DNA of 60,492 nt. Source: an uncultured Burkholderiales bacterium. Its GTDB lineage: Bacteria > Pseudomonadota > Gammaproteobacteria > Burkholderiales > REEB80. Shown here in pieces: positions 58,493 through 60,492 of the stretch (the first letter of the stretch is position 1; each line of letters begins with the position of its first letter). A program made the position numbers and the translations under genes. Location of the stretch: assembly GCA_964473355.1 (NCBI GenBank), contig CAYYOS010000001.1:1-60492 (forward strand), read 5' to 3'. Below the pieces are notes generated by a model. That model saw only the letters and a program-made list of their open reading frames with translations. It was not told the DNA's origin and searched no databases.

Positions 58493-59869
58493 CTAAAAAG
58501 GCAAAATAATATCGGGTTTCGCGGCCCGCAATACGTGGCGGAAATCTTCCTGAATCCGTCCCAAGGCAATTTTATTTTCCGCTTCAAAACGTAAGACTAA
58601 AACCGGCGTGGTATTAGAGGCGCGCATAAGACCGAAGCCGTCTTTATACTCCACGCGCAGACCATCTATTTTTATCACTTCCCTTGGGTTGTCAAATTTC
58701 GCTTCGGCCACCAATTTTTTAATCAGGCTGTAGTTTTCTCCCTCAAGTAACAAGATATGCAGCTCGGGCGTATTGGTTGCATCCGGCAGGCCATTTAAGG
58801 TGGCGCTGACGTTAGCCTGCTTACTTAAATATTCCAACAATCGGGCACCCGCATAAAGCCCATCATCGAAGCCATACCAACGCTCTTTAAAGAAAATATG
58901 GCCGCTCATTTCCCCGGCTAAGAGTGCGCCAGTTTCTTTCATGCGCGCTTTAATAAAAGAGTGCCCGGTCTTCCACATGGATGGCTTGCCCCCATGTTTC
59001 CTTACCCATTCTGCCAAATGCCCCGTGGATTTAACGTCAAAGATTATTTCAGCACCTGGGTTACGTGATAGCACGTCCGCGGCAAAAAGCATCAACTGCC
59101 GATCCGGATAAATAATTTTGCCTTCCTTGGTGACGACGCCTAAACGATCGCCGTCGCCATCAAATGCCAGGCCAATTTCGGCATCGATAGATTCCAGCGC
59201 TTTAATCAAATCTTGGAGATTTTTTGGTTGCGAGGGATCCGGATGATGATTGGGAAAATTCCCATCGACTTCGCAAAAAAATTCTGTAACTTCGCAGCCC
59301 AAACCACGATACAGCGCCGCGGCAAAGGCACCGGTAACGCCATTCCCGCAGTCAATTGCCACTTTCATGGGACGCGCCAGTTTAATGTCAGAGGTAATGC
59401 GTTTAATGTAATCCTGCGCGATGTCTTGTTGGCGGTAGCTGCCTGCGCCGTGGCTGAGCGCATTATTTTCTATGCGCATTCTTAATTCTTGAATACGCTC
59501 GCCGCTTAATGTGTCTTCGGCCAGTACCATTTTTAACCCGTTATAATCGGGGGGGTTGTGACTGCCCGTTACCATCACGCCGGAGTGCGTGCCCAAGTGA
59601 TGGGTAGCGAAATACAGCATGGGCGTGGCCACCATGCCGACATCGATGACATTGACCCCGCTTTTTTGAATGCCGCGAGCTAATGCCTGAGAGAGCGCGG
59701 GACCGGAAAGCCGTCCGTCGCGGCCTATCGCAATAGTGTCTTGATTTTTTGCGCGGGCCTCGGAGCCGATTGCGTGGCCGATGGCTTCTACGACTTCGGG
59801 GGTTAAGCTAAGATCAACTATTCCGCGAATGTCGTAGGCTTTAAAGATTTCTTTGGGAAGTGGTTTCAT
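58493..59869 (-). CDS. phosphomannomutase / phosphoglucomutase (alpha-D-phosphohexomutase)
   Basis: Start set to the ATG at 59869 (MKPLPKEIFKAYDIRG). Active-site TGSHNP, Mg loop FDGDGDR and GEMSGH sugar-binding loop. Confidence 0.9.
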   Translation of the reverse strand: MKPLPKEIFKAYDIRGIVDLSLTPEVVEAIGHAIGSEARAKNQDTIAIGRDGRLSGPALSQALARGIQKSGVNVIDVGMVATPMLYFATHHLGTHSGVMVTGSHNPPDYNGLKMVLAEDTLSGERIQELRMRIENNALSHGAGSYRQQDIAQDYIKRITSDIKLARPMKVAIDCGNGVTGAFAAALYRGLGCEVTEFFCEVDGNFPNHHPDPSQPKNLQDLIKALESIDAEIGLAFDGDGDRLGVVTKEGKIIYPDRQLMLFAADVLSRNPGAEIIFDVKSTGHLAEWVRKHGGKPSMWKTGHSFIKARMKETGALLAGEMSGHIFFKERWYGFDDGLYAGARLLEYLSKQANVSATLNGLPDATNTPELHILLLEGENYSLIKKLVAEAKFDNPREVIKIDGLRVEYKDGFGLMRASNTTPVLVLRFEAENKIALGRIQEDFRHVLRAAKPDIILPF

Positions 59870-59901
59870 AAAATTTGCTAGTTTAACCGGATTGATAGCG
59901 C

Positions 59902-60492
59902 ATGCCAAAACAAAAATCAGTTTATATCTGCACCGAATGCGGCGGGCAACTCGCAAAATGGCAGGGGCAATGCCCGCACTGCACCGCTTGGAACACGTTG
60001 GTGGAGGGTATCGCCGAATCCGCCGTTGCACCCCGTTATAGCGCGCTGGCGGAGGGTAGCCAAGTGCAAAATTTGGGCGCGGTTGAAGCGAACGAGGTAC
60101 CGCGACTAGCGACGGGTATTGCGGACTTTGATCGGGTGTTGGGTGGCGGCTTGGTGGAAGGCGCAGTGGTATTAATAGGGGGAGACCCGGGCATTGGTAA
60201 GTCTACCTTGTTGTTGCAGGCCTTAGCTACCTTAAGCGCGCATACGCATGTCTTGTATGTCAGCGGGGAAGAATCCGCGCACCAAATTGCCTCTAGAGCG
60301 AAGCGTTTAGCGCTTTCGGCGAAATCCGTGCAACTTTTGGCGGAGATTCAGTTGGAAAAAATTCTCGCTATTTTGGCACAGCTAAAACCCGCGACCGCGG
60401 TGATTGATTCTATTCAAACTATTTATTCAGAAGCGCTGCAATCTGCCCCGGGCAGCGTGGCGCAGGTGCGGGAGTGCGCTGCGCAACTGACG
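59902..60492 (+). CDS. radA: DNA repair protein RadA/Sms, 3' end outside window
   Basis: Not in the ORF track because there is no stop in the window. ATG at 59902, then MPKQKSVYICTECGGQLAKWQGQCPHCTAWNTL zinc finger and Walker A GGDPGIGKSTLLLQ. Confidence 0.9.
   Translation, partial: MPKQKSVYICTECGGQLAKWQGQCPHCTAWNTLVEGIAESAVAPRYSALAEGSQVQNLGAVEANEVPRLATGIADFDRVLGGGLVEGAVVLIGGDPGIGKSTLLLQALATLSAHTHVLYVSGEESAHQIASRAKRLALSAKSVQLLAEIQLEKILAILAQLKPATAVIDSIQTIYSEALQSAPGSVAQVRECAAQLT

Noticed and set aside
59870-60031. N-terminal extensions in the ORF track: PMM/PGM to 60031, rho to 31851, amidohydrolase from 38554, DUF2235 to 49171, rpmE to 20572, Rhs to 28692.
   Set aside because: The extensions are Arg/Cys-rich or otherwise unlike the family N-termini. 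Internal ATGs give canonical N-termini (MKPLPKEIFKAYDIRG, MHLSELK, the Tat leader, [23 protein letters not shown], the signal peptide), in several cases with a better Shine-Dalgarno sequence.
1-60492. CRISPR arrays, tRNA/rRNA/tmRNA genes, integrases, transposases, prophage genes, T6SS structural genes (Hcp, VgrG, PAAR, TssA-M).
   Set aside because: No regularly spaced repeats, no tRNA T-arm-like GGTTCGAATCC motifs in the intergenic DNA, and no ORF with the corresponding protein motifs were found. Their absence within the window says nothing about the rest of the genome.

Overview
This is 60.5 kb of a proteobacterial chromosome. Gene content and order look gamma- or beta-proteobacterial, but the taxon cannot be fixed from the sequence alone. 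All calls rest on motif recognition in the supplied translations and on reading the DNA by eye; no searches were run. Most of the window is housekeeping: ATP-dependent DNA ligase, amt, dnaB, alr, waaF, ilvE, glnE, acs, yhdP, rpmE, rho, trxA, fdxA, an AddAB-type helicase-nuclease pair, nth, ald, metR, metE, pyrD, a PMM/PGM and radA. The main accessory region is a roughly 10 kb island (about 20.6-30.6 kb) between rpmE and rho. It carries a 1760-aa Rhs/YD-repeat protein with a Sec signal peptide, whose C-terminal tip is a DUF2235 (Tle1-like lipase) domain. A TadE-like pseudopilin gene is translationally coupled upstream of it. Downstream lie a secreted candidate immunity gene, an orphan C-terminal half-toxin with its own lipoprotein immunity gene, and an 84-bp stub of a third toxin copy. 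PIN-type toxin-antitoxin modules sit at both ends of the island. No T6SS, PAAR, VgrG, integrase or transposase gene is visible anywhere in the window. Other notable points are five intact type II TA pairs plus decayed remnants, and a metR-metE pair split by 3.3 kb of TA and mtfA material. There is also a second, membrane-anchored DUF2235 paralog, a perfect 37-bp inverted-repeat element, and a dispersed GTCATTCCCGCG...CGGGAATC palindromic repeat family, one copy of which sits in-frame inside an ORF. No rRNA, tRNA or CRISPR array was seen.
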